Assembly (NCBI GenBank): GCA_964016885.1
Contig: OZ024743.1
Location: forward strand, 360,778,001 to 360,842,000
Reading direction: 5' to 3'
Source: Eledone cirrhosa
Lineage: Eukaryota
Length of the DNA stretch: 64,000 nucleotides
The notes under the pieces were generated by a model. The model was not told the DNA's origin. It did not search any database and worked only from the letters and a program-made list of their open reading frames with translations. Shown here piece by piece: positions 21,474-32,389 of the stretch. Each line of letters starts with the position of its first letter. Within the stretch, counting starts at the first letter, position 1. A program made the translations under genes and the position numbers.

Positions 21474-22385
21474 AACTGCTACAGAAACTGGCTAAGAAAT
21501 GGCAAGAAAAGCCTATGTATGGAAAATACCCAGAGCGAGCTAACAATCCTGATGTGGACAAAACTTTAACCCATCAGTGGGTGGCATCCTGTGGACTGCA
21601 ATCGGAGACTGAAGGACTGATTATATCAGCACAAGATCAGTGTCTGCCAACAAAAAATTACCAAGCCAACATAATAAAAAATGGATGCAGCCCATTATGC
21701 CGTGTATGCAAAAAACAACCAGAGACCATTGACCATATAATTTCAATGTGCAGTCCTATAGCTCCAACCGAATACCTAAACAGGCATGACAGAGCTGCAC
21801 AATACATACATTGGATAATGTGTAAGCATTTTGACCTGCCCCATCAAAAGAATTGGTGGGAGCATCAACCACCTCCCATACTTGAGAAAGATCACATCTC
21901 AATCTTGTGGAACTATAGCATCCAAACAGACCGAAAAATAGATGCAAATAGACCTGATATAATATTGAAGGACTTTCAAAGGAGGGTATGCCTGCTAACT
22001 GATATGTCTGTTCCAATAGACAAGAATGTATCTATAAAAACATTTTAAAAATTGAGCAAGTATAAGGACCTGGAGATAGAAATTGGAAAAATGTGGAAAT
22101 TGAGAACTAAAACAATACCAGTGGTTGTAGGCGCTCTGGGAATGATACCTAAGGGGTCTAATGATTACTTATCGCAAATCCCAGAAAACCCGCGTATAGG
22201 AGAAATACAAAAGATAGTACTAATGGGAACTGCCCATATACTAAGGAAGATTCTGTCAATATAAGTACATCACAAGTCTAAACACTAAAGATGCATGTGT
22301 GAGTATGTATGTTCTTTCTTGAACATGGCGGACCTTGTTGTCTCTTGAGGTCACTGGTTGTGAACATAAAGCAAGATAAATGCAA
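21471..22385 (+). mobile_element. R4/Dong-type family B, 5'-truncated copy (zinc knuckle + RLE region), disrupted
   Basis: Near-identical to ~26423-27356, with GAA>TAA at 22046-22048 and a ~20-bp deletion in the 3' UTR. The 5' junction has AAGAA microhomology with (AAG)n. Confidence 0.93.
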
Positions 22386-23270
22386 CTGTAATAATAATAA
22401 AAATAATAATAATAATAATAAGTTTTTGATTTTTAACATATTTAAATCAATTGTGAAATAACAAGTCTTTTTACAAATGATGCATAAACCACCGAATCAA
22501 GTCTCATAAAATTTCGGAGCCATATTATATTGTTATATCGCTCAAATATTCAATTTTGTATTCAAACAAGAAAATGGTTATAAATGGAAGAAAACACCCT
22601 CTGTCTACACTATATAGAACAGTCAAATAACAGCAATTTCACCAACACCAGAAACTTGATACACCACCTACCCCATCACACTAAATATAACAGCCAGATA
22701 ACGGCAATTTCACCACCACCACCACCAAACCCAGCATAATAATAATAATAATTACTATTATTATTTTCTCAAGTTTTAACAAAATGTTTAATTCCAATTT
22801 TACGTGAATATGTCAACACAATATATATTAAACATACGCGACACAAACGCATAGATACTACAGATCAAACAAAACTAGTTTATTTAACACATATATTAAA
22901 CATACGCGACACAAACTCATAGATACTACATATCACAAAACACTGTAACGACAACGCCACCGCCGCCACCACTCCATCCATCATTGCTACCACTATCCCA
23001 TCACCGCCACCGCCACACCTTCATTGCTACCACCACTATTTCCCTGTTAACTTAAGAAAGTGGGAAGGTGGCGGTATCACTAGACAAGGGAGAGGCTAGC
23101 AAAAGATATAATAGATTGACTTAGTGACACGGCCACCGGCCAAACGTCATCAACTATGGCACTGCAGGCTCCCCCTTCCTCACCAACAATATAAAAAGCC
23201 CCAGCACCACCACCGACATAGCCAACAACAATAACAGGCAACTTCAGCAAAAAGTATATTATATTATTGT

Positions 23271-23320
23271 AATGCACTGGGTGATTGCTGGCCTTGTGCC
23301 TGGAGTGGAGACAATTATTA
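23271..23320 (+). mobile_element. SINE 3'-tail fragment inside the family B leader
   Basis: AATGCACTGGGTGATTGCTGGCCTTGTGCCTGGAGTGGAGACAATTATT matches the SINE tail at ~63206-63255. Confidence 0.75.
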
Positions 23321-23565
23321 ATAATTTCATTCTTAAGCCACGCAATGCTCACATTAAGGAACCACTCATGATAATAACAATTTAAAAAAAACAACAAAAA
23401 GAAAATCCCCTGACCAAGAAATACCGGGATGGCGGCCGGCGGGGAATAGCCATGTCTCTAGGGGAGAACGACCCCTCTAGTCTTTGTTGACACTCGTTCT
23501 AGAAGTGGTAACACGAAATGATTACCCCTTGGCGGATAAGGATAAAACGCGACAAAATAAAGTAA

Positions 23566-26500
23566 ATGTCTAATGATAAAATCTCATACCGGATCGGCCG
23601 TCACCCGGGTAAAAAAGGGCCGCGTCCCTCAGAGAGGAACCAGACTGGGGTCGAAAAATCAGCTAATGGTTCAAACCTTCCCATCACTTCGGAGCTGGAG
23701 ACCTCCCATAACCGGAATACTCCTACTGTTGGCCCTCCATGCTCACCACCAAGAAATCCAAAGAAAAAGAGAGAAAAATGGTCAAGGGAAGATAATAAAG
23801 AAGTCCTTGAGGCTTTCTACACTGCCATGTACTACCCATCAAATACATCGAATACAGAACAAACATATATCAACTGGAAAAAGAAACATCCCGAAAACAG
23901 AGGCTATATTGACAGTAACAAACTAGCCAATATACGAAGAAATATTGTAAGAAAAAAGTTACTAACTGATATAGAAATTGATCAGATCAAGCTAGTAGCA
24001 CAAAGTCAGCGAAGGGAAAATGAAGCATGTGTCAGTGAAAACGAGGTAAACTGTAACACTTCGAATCCCAGGGTTGGGGCGGAATCACTGGTAACAGAAC
24101 AAATTAAAGAAAGGAGCGAAAAAGTGGAGGGAGTGCATGCTCAGGATGAAACTCCAAATGAAAATAATGAGATCGTAAATGATAAAGAAATGAATGAGAA
24201 TGAACTTGCCAACTTGAAGGATGAAATTATGATCGAATGGATGAAAATGAAAGAATCTGACATGGGGCAACGAGACACCCTCCCTAAGATCCAGAACTCC
24301 AAACAGAACCAAAAGATAATACACAAGACTAACATAATTCTCAAAAACATTATCATCACAAACAAACTAAACATTACTGACTTAAATCATCTCTATTATG
24401 CATCGGCTAAAGTCACCACTCACTTATGTGGAGTGAAGATGAAAAAACAAAGGAATTCCCACAAGAAATCTACTTGGCAAGATAACATCAATCGCCAAAT
24501 AAACCTTCTCCGATCTGACATAGAAATTTTAACAAACTATAAAGTAGGTGAACATGTTAAACAAACTAAACTTAGAAAATTGAAAAAAAAGTACAGTATA
24601 AGATCAACATGTGACATAGACATGCTGATAGAAACAATCAAGCAAAAAGTGTCGGCCAAAGCTGCTCGTATAAGGCGCTTTGAAAAACGATCTAGATTCT
24701 ATAAGGACAATAATATGTTCAAAAACAACCAAAGAAACTTCTACAGAAAAATTGGTAAGTCAACAATAACTGCTAAATCAATACCACCCAAGGAGGAAGT
24801 GCAAGAATTCTGGGAAAAGATCTGGGCCGAAGAAAAAGTTCATAACATACATGCCCCATGGATAGACAGACAAATGAAAGAAACAGCTCACCTTGAAGAA
24901 CAAACATGGGAAAATATAACAGTTGAACAGCTGCGCTTGGCTCTAAGAAAAACCAGCAATTGGAAATCCCCAGGAAAAGACAAAATACAAAACTTTTGGA
25001 TAAATGCCTTCACAGAGTCTCATGAGCTGTTAGCCCAACTTTACAATGAAATAGTTAAGGAGCCAGAAAAGATACCATCATGGCTAGTTAACTGCATTAC
25101 ATTCCTGCTACCGAAGAATGATGAGACAAACAATCCCACAAATTACAGATCGATAACCTGCTTGACCACAATGTATAAAATTTTAACATCAGTCCTAACT
25201 GAATACACATATGACCACCTGATAACAAATGACCTATTTCCCATTGAGCAGAAAGGGTGTAAACGAGGCTCATATGGCTGTAAGGATCAGCTTCTGGTTA
25301 ACAAAATGATACTGGAAGATTGTCATAATAGACACAAAAATCTATCGATTGCTTGGATAGATTATAAAAAAGCATTTGATAGTTTGCCACACAGTTGGAT
25401 TGAAAAATGTTTAGAGATTTTCAAAATATCCCCCGTGGTCAGGAGGTTTTTGTCATTCAGTATGAGGACATGGAGAACGACACTCCTTTTGAATAGTGAA
25501 ACAAAATCACTGGAAGCTGGAGAAGTTAACATTAATTGTGGAATTTTTCAGGGTGACTCTTTATCACCGCTTTTATTCTGCATCGCACTTATACCATTAA
25601 GTAAAATGCTCAATGAAACAAAACATGGATATATAGTCTATGACAAAACCATTAATCACCTGTTCTACATGGATGACCTGAAACTATTCGCAAAAAATGA
25701 TGAACAATTGCAAGGGCTATTATCCACTGTGAAGCAGTTCAGTGATGACATTAAAATGGAGTTTGGACTGGATAAATGCGCCAAAGCAACGTTCACCAGA
25801 GGAAAGCTGCTGAAGAGTCCAGACATTAATCTTGATCGGGGGAACGTGATAAGAGAGCTTGATCAAGATCAAACTTACAAATATCTAGGTGTTTGTGAAG
25901 GAGACGAAATCAAGCACTCGACAATGAGGGAAAGGATAAGGAAGGAATGTTACCGCAGAGTCAGAGCAATCTTAAGAACGGAATTGAATGCAAGGAATAG
26001 GATCGATGCCATAAACACGCTTGCCATACCAGTAGTAACCTATAGTTACAATGTCATCAACTGGTCAAGCACAGAGATCCGTAGGCTCGATACAAAAATC
26101 CGAAAATTCTTAACCATGCACAGAATGCATCACCCTAAGGCAGACATAGATAGAATATATCTCCCGAGGAAAGAAGGAGGACGTGGGTTAATCCAGTTAG
26201 ACATTGCGTTGAAAACTGCAACAATTGGATTATCCACATATCTAAGGGAATCACATGATTGGATGATCAAACTCGTTTTGAAACACGAAAGCACCAAAAG
26301 ATCATATTCCATTACAAAAGATGCACAAAGATACAGTAATGGACTACAAATTTCAGAAGTCCCATTTACTGCTGAAATGGAAAACACAGAAAAAGCAAAG
26401 CAGGTAAAAGTAACTGCAAAGAAAGAACTGCTACAGAAACTGGCTAAGAAATGGCAAGAAAAGCCTCTGTATGGAAAATACCCAGAGCGAGCTAACAATC

Positions 26501-27216
26501 CTGATGTTAACAAAACTTTAACCCATCAGTGGTTGGCATCCTCTGGACTGAAATCGGAGACTGAAGGACTGATTATATCCGCACAAGATCAGTGTCTGCC
26601 AACAAAAAATTACCAAGCCAACATAATAAAAAATGGGTGCAGCCCATTATGCCGTGTATGCAAAAAACAACCAGAGACCATTGACCATATAATTTCAATG
26701 TGCAGTCCTATAGCTCCAACCGAATACCTAAACAGGCATGACAGAGCTGCACAATACATACATTGGATAATGTGTAAGCATTTTGACCTGCCCCATCAAA
26801 AGAATTGGTGGGAGCATCAACCACCTCCCATACTTGAAAAAGATCACATCTCAATCTTGTGGAACTTTAGCATCCAAACAGACCGAAAAATAGATGCAAA
26901 TAGACCTGATATAATATTGAAGGACTTTCAAAGGAGGGTATGCCTGCTAATTGATATGTCTGTTCCAATAGACAAGAATGTATCTATAAAAACATTTGAA
27001 AAATTGAGCAAGTATAAGGACCTGGAGATAGAAATTGGAAAAATGTGGAAATTGAGAACTAAAACAATACCAGTGGTTGTAGGCGCTCTGGGAATGATAC
27101 CTAAGGGGTCTAACGACTACTTATCGCAAATCCCAGGAAACCCGCGTATAGGAGAAATACAAAAGATAGTACTAATGGGAACTGCCCATATACTAAGGAA
27201 GATCCTGTCAATATAA
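23566..27216 (+). CDS. R4/Dong-type protein, 1216 aa (RT + CCHC + RLE), family B
   Basis: KWSREDN..AFY; KSPGKD, IDYKKAFD, GIFQGDSLSPLLF, YMDDLKL; CRVCKKQPETIDHIISMC; RHD, RPDII..IDMSVP..KLSKYKDL. Confidence 0.96.
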   Translation: MSNDKISYRIGRHPGKKGPRPSERNQTGVEKSANGSNLPITSELETSHNRNTPTVGPPCSPPRNPKKKREKWSREDNKEVLEAFYTAMYYPSNTSNTEQTYINWKKKHPENRGYIDSNKLANIRRNIVRKKLLTDIEIDQIKLVAQSQRRENEACVSENEVNCNTSNPRVGAESLVTEQIKERSEKVEGVHAQDETPNENNEIVNDKEMNENELANLKDEIMIEWMKMKESDMGQRDTLPKIQNSKQNQKIIHKTNIILKNIIITNKLNITDLNHLYYASAKVTTHLCGVKMKKQRNSHKKSTWQDNINRQINLLRSDIEILTNYKVGEHVKQTKLRKLKKKYSIRSTCDIDMLIETIKQKVSAKAARIRRFEKRSRFYKDNNMFKNNQRNFYRKIGKSTITAKSIPPKEEVQEFWEKIWAEEKVHNIHAPWIDRQMKETAHLEEQTWENITVEQLRLALRKTSNWKSPGKDKIQNFWINAFTESHELLAQLYNEIVKEPEKIPSWLVNCITFLLPKNDETNNPTNYRSITCLTTMYKILTSVLTEYTYDHLITNDLFPIEQKGCKRGSYGCKDQLLVNKMILEDCHNRHKNLSIAWIDYKKAFDSLPHSWIEKCLEIFKISPVVRRFLSFSMRTWRTTLLLNSETKSLEAGEVNINCGIFQGDSLSPLLFCIALIPLSKMLNETKHGYIVYDKTINHLFYMDDLKLFAKNDEQLQGLLSTVKQFSDDIKMEFGLDKCAKATFTRGKLLKSPDINLDRGNVIRELDQDQTYKYLGVCEGDEIKHSTMRERIRKECYRRVRAILRTELNARNRIDAINTLAIPVVTYSYNVINWSSTEIRRLDTKIRKFLTMHRMHHPKADIDRIYLPRKEGGRGLIQLDIALKTATIGLSTYLRESHDWMIKLVLKHESTKRSYSITKDAQRYSNGLQISEVPFTAEMENTEKAKQVKVTAKKELLQKLAKKWQEKPLYGKYPERANNPDVNKTLTHQWLASSGLKSETEGLIISAQDQCLPTKNYQANIIKNGCSPLCRVCKKQPETIDHIISMCSPIAPTEYLNRHDRAAQYIHWIMCKHFDLPHQKNWWEHQPPPILEKDHISILWNFSIQTDRKIDANRPDIILKDFQRRVCLLIDMSVPIDKNVSIKTFEKLSKYKDLEIEIGKMWKLRTKTIPVVVGALGMIPKGSNDYLSQIPGNPRIGEIQKIVLMGTAHILRKILSI

Positions 27217-27542
27217 GTACATCACAAGTCTAAACACTAAGGATGCATGTGTGAATATGTGTGTTCTTTCTTGAACATGGCGGACCTTGTTGTCTCTTGA
27301 GGTCACTGGTTGTGACTTGGTGATAACTCGTATAAACATAAAGCAAGATAAATGCAAATAATAATAATAATAATAAGGGAAGAAGACGCACGAGGTGACG
27401 GAGGTCATGAAATCGCTCCCGTAAGTTTTGAATTTTTAACATATTTAAATCATTTGTGAAATAACAACTCTTAGTACAAATGCTACGTAAAGCACCCGGC
27501 TTGAGCCCCAAAAAAATTCGGACCCAAAATATATTGTTATAA

Positions 27543-28180
27543 GGCTCAAATATTCAAATATTCAACTTTGTATTGTACACTGTATATCCCCCAAAAAATG
27601 GCTATAAATGGAAGAAGAAGAACCCCCCCCCCTCCTCTCCTCTGGCTACACTATATAGGACAGCTAAACTCACCAACACCAGAAACTAGATACACCACCC
27701 ACCCCATCATCTGTGTACACTAAACACAACAGCATTTTCACCTTCACCGCCACCGCTCACTACGGCCATCATTGCCACCACTATCCCATCACCGCCGCCG
27801 CCACCCCTTGACTCCTTCACTGCTGCTGCCACCGCTACAGCACCATCACTACAGTAATACGGCTCAAATATTCAAATATTCAACTTTGTATTGTACACTG
27901 TATGTCCAAAAAAAAATAAAATGGCTATAAATGGAAGAAGAAGAACCCCCCCCCCTCCTCTCCTCTGGCTACACTATATAGGACAGCGAAACTCACCAAC
28001 ACCAGAAACTAGATACACCACCCACCCCATCATCTGTGTACACTAAATACAACAGCATTTTCACCTTCACCGCCACCGCTCACTACGGCCATCATTACCA
28101 CTATCCCATCACCGCCGCCACCACCCCTTGACTCCTTCACTGCTGCTGCCACCGCTACAGCACCATCACTACAGTAATAC
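27543..28180 (+). repeat. Tandem duplication (~320 bp x2) in the family A leader
   Basis: 27543-27860 and 27861-28180 both run GGCTCAAATATTCAAATATT...ACAGTAATAC; copy 1 has one unit. Confidence 0.9.
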
Positions 28181-28755
28181 GGTCGCATCACCGCCACCAC
28201 TGCCTCGGTATCGACATCACCACCACCACTGTCTCAGTATCGCCAACGCCGCCAGTCTCTGCTGGCTGCCACTTCCACATTATAGAATTCCTACTACTAA
28301 CAAAGAGGAAGGCATCAAAATATATAGATAGACTCAAAAGAAAAAAGAAAAAACAAACAACAAAAGCAGCACAGCAACAACAGCAAAAAACGAGAAAAAC
28401 AAACAGAGAAAAACAAAAACAAAAAAAGACACCCCCAAAACGTAAAGAAAATAAGAATGAAGAGAGAAGCAGGCGGACGGACAGAGAAGAGGGGGGAAAA
28501 AGTAAAACTTAAAAAACAAAAACTAAGTCAGACATTCGAATACTACATTACAATGAAACTTATGCTTATTCATTTTTGGGGCCCTTTCTGCCCGTGTGTT
28601 TGTTTGTTTATGTGTGTCCGTATACAGCGTGGTGATAATGCCACACAAGGGCCAAGTGGGATGGCGGATCCACAGAAGGCTATGTAAACATACATTCGCC
28701 AATCCTCGATAAGAGTGTTTAAATATCGAACATAAACAGTTCGAATAACGGTGAA

Positions 28756-31700
28756 ATGGAGACTAGAACGTCATGTGACAGACTCTCACCCAACAGGTGC
28801 CCCCTGGCTCAGCAGCAGGAACCTGACTGTCAACCAAATACTGCTGATGTTGGAGGAAGAAGAAGAAGGAAAGGGGCCAGAACCAACTGGACGAAAGAAT
28901 TGAATAGAACTGTTATGCAATGCTACCTGAAAAGTAACCCCAAGGAGAGGGGCTACAGGAGACGGATGCATAACATCTGGAACGAGATTGGTTTATTTAA
29001 ATTAGATGAACAAAAATTGGCCGGGCAGGCTCGGGTAATAAGAACTAATGGGTGGATAAGCGAGCTGGAACTGGAGGAACTGAGCAGAGAGAATGGCTTG
29101 GGATGGCGGGTGTAGTATGCCAGACAAGCGAGCCGGCGGGAAATGAAGGTGAGGAGGTCCTGAGAACGGAGGAACCACCCGTAGCAGACAATGATCTGAA
29201 TACTGAGATAAATAATACCTGGAACAGAGATACGGCCACTGAGGAGATGAATGCTGACGGGCTAGGACAAGATTCGGTTGACATCCTAAATTTAGTGGTA
29301 GATGAGTTGAACAATGATAGTGGGAGACCTATGAACCTAAGATTTGTAGACAGGAAAAAGTTAAAAGAAACAACAGCTAAGGTAAACAAAGTCATCCCAT
29401 ACCTTGAGGCGAGGAGTCTTCACCAGTGCAACAATATCCTCAAAGCAACAGCAAATACGGTGAGGAAACTACTTGGTATAAAAGCGAGAGGAAACAACAG
29501 ACAAGAAAGAGCAGAGCCGTGGTGGAGGAAGCGACTGAGTGGGCAAATCGAGGAAATGAGAAATGACATAGGAAAGCTTGAGTCACTACTGAATGGGACA
29601 CTAAAAAACATAGGCACTAAAAATAGACTGGAAATAAAATACAAAACTAGGAGTAAAAAGCTAAATATTATCATAGAGGAATTGAAGCAACGCATTGTAG
29701 CAAAGAGTGCCAAAATCAGGCGATACGAGAACAGAGTCAGTCAGTATAAACAGAACCGCATGTTCGACAACAACCAGAAGATGCTGTTTGGACAGCTTGA
29801 GGGGAAAGAAAGAGGCAACGACTTGATCCCTGGGGCGGAACAAGCTAAAACATTCTGGAGAGGAATATGGGAGCAGGATGCTAGACACAATGCCCAGGCA
29901 GGGTGGATTGAGACAGTACAGAGGGAGATCGGTGAGCAGGCACAGCAACAGACTGATTTGAGTATCACAGTTGAAACTCTTAAGGGGCAAGCCAAAAAAC
30001 TAACCAACTGGAAATCACCAGGCCCAGATGGTGTGCAGGGGTATTGGATTAAACATTTAACATCCCTCCACCCGAAGCTGACGGCCATGTTCAATGACTG
30101 CTTGGTGTCGGGTGAGGTGCCAGAGTGGTTGACAAAAGGTACCACAGTTCTGATAATGAAAGACCGAATCAAGGGTAATGATGTTACCAACTATAGACCT
30201 ATCACATGTCTGCCCGTAATGTGGAAACTGTTGACGAGCATTGTGTCTGAGGAAATCTACCATCACCTCCACACAAACAACTTGTTGCCGGACGAACAGA
30301 AAGGATGCCGAAAGAAGTCACGTGGTACAAAGGACCAGTTGCTTATTGATAAGATGGTAATGGGGAATTGCAGGAGGAGACACACTGATCTTGCCATGGG
30401 ATGGATAGACTACAGAAAAGCATTTGACATGGTGCCTCATTCCTGGATCACCAAAAGCCTGGAGATCTTCAGGGTGGCAGATAACATCAGACAGTTGCTG
30501 GGCAGGAGTATGGGGTCCTGGGAGACAGAGTTGACATCAACTGGAGTATCCTTGGGAAGCGTGAAGATCAAGAGAGGTATCTTCCAGGGAGATAGCCTGT
30601 CCCCTCTGTTGTTTGTCCTTGCCCTGATGCCCTTGACCATTATGCTGCGAAAAGTGAGAGCAGGATACAAGTTGGGAAGGGGAGAGCTTACCATCAATCA
30701 CCTCCTCTTCATGGACGATCTTAAGCTCTTCGGGAAAAGTGAGAAGGAGTTGGATGTGCTTGTTGACACTGTCCGTATTTTCAGCAGTGAAATATTTATG
30801 CAGTTTGGTATTGGTAAATGTGGAGTCATTGTGATGAGGAGGGGTAGGTTGAGCAGAAGTAACGGGATCCAGATACCAACAGGTGAGATGATAAAGGAAA
30901 TTGACTCTGAGGAAGGATACAAGTATTTGGGCGTTCTGGAGGCTGATGGCATAAAGAACAAAAAAATGAAGGAATTGTTAAGAACTGAATACATTCGGAG
31001 AGTAAGGAGCGTATTGAAGTCACATCTGAACAGCAGAAATGCCATAAGCGCAGTAAATTCCCGAGCTGTGTCTATTATTAGGTACAGTGCGGGAATTCTG
31101 AGATGGAATGTTGCTGAACAAAAAGAAATGGATAGGAAGACTAGGAAGCTATTGACTATCTACACCATGTTCCACAAGAGGAGTGATGTCGATAGACTCT
31201 ACCTAAGGAGATCTGAGGGTGGAAGAGGTCTTATCAGCATAGAGGACTGTGTTCAGATGGAGAAAAACAACCTATACAAATACGTGACCTATAGTAAGGA
31301 GCCAATGCTCAGAGCTGTACTGAAGGAGGGGACAGTAGGCCAGGGGATATCGAAGGAGGAAATAACATCAAGGAGGAAGAGCAGCCTTAAGGGAAAATCC
31401 CTTCATAGTACCTTCTTTGAGAAAACTGAATTTAGAGATCCACAGACATGGAACTGGTTGAGAAGAGGAGACCTCAAAAAGGCTACAGAAGGAATGCTAA
31501 TGGCTGCGCAGGAGCAGGCCCTCAAAACGAAGTGGTTGAAGCACCATATCTACAAGGAGGAGGCTAGCCCACTGTGCAGGATCTGTGGAGAGAGAGAGGA
31601 GACTGTGGCTCACATTGTGTCCGAGTGTAAACACCTAGCCCAGACCCACTATAAGGGCTGGAGACACGATGTGATGGGCAGGGTGATCCACTGGCACCTG

Positions 31701-32147
31701 TGCAAAGTAAACAATCTACCACATTCTGAGAAATGGTATGAGCATAGGCCAGAGGCGGTGATGGAGAACAGTCAGGTGAAGGTGCTGTGGGATTTTAGGA
31801 TACAGACGGACAAAAAACTGGAACACAATAGACCTGACCTGGTGGTTGTGGACAAAGAAAAAGGATCGTGCCTGATTGTGGATGTGGCCTGCCCGTTCGA
31901 CACGAGAGTGCAAGAGAAGGAGAGGGAGAAAATTAACCGATACCAGGACCTAAAGTGGGAGGTGAAAAGGATTTGGAACTGCCATGAAGTCAAAGTGATC
32001 CCGATTGTCATAGGCGCACTGGGGACTATCTCCAAAGGTTTCCAGGGATGGTTAAAGAAAATCGGCCCCTTCACGCTTTTTGGAACGCTTCAAAAGGCAT
32101 GCTTGCTTGGAACGGCAAGAACCCTCCGATACGTCCTGAATATCTGA
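28756..32147 (+). pseudogene. Family A ORF with a single 1-bp deletion near 29101 (real or sequencing error)
   Basis: GGCTTGGGATGG versus GGCTTGGAGATGG in copies 1 and 2; the rest is open for >1000 codons. Confidence 0.88.
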
Positions 32148-32221
32148 GGCTGCAGGTAGTGGCTTGATATTCAATCCAACGGACTTTCTAGTTAACCAAC
32201 ATCAATGACTGAGATTCAAGG

Positions 32222-32233
32222 AATAACAATAAC

Positions 32234-32314
<81 letters not shown>

Positions 32315-32338
32315 AAGAAGAAGAAGAAGAAGAAGAAG

Positions 32339-32380
<42 letters not shown>
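32222..32380. repeat. Compound microsatellite (AAT)n(AAG)n(AAC)n, right boundary of the array
   Basis: Direct reading. Confidence 0.95.
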
Positions 32381-32381
<1 letters not shown>

Positions 32382-32389
32382 ATGTTTCG

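Larger units (their letters stand above)
22419..27356 (+). mobile_element. R4/Dong-type family B, full copy with ~1.15 kb leader
   Basis: Bounded by (AAT)n at 22390-22421 and 27357-27376, with an intact ORF. The 5' boundary is less certain because the leader has an internal AAT/ATT tract. Confidence 0.88.
27377..32221 (+). mobile_element. R4/Dong-type family A copy 3 (full length)
   Basis: Same 5' start as copy 1; near-identical to copy 2. Confidence 0.94.

Noticed and set aside
311-32380. Telomeric retrotransposon array
   Set aside because: There are no TTAGGG repeats, and ordinary interspersed-repeat DNA lies on both sides.
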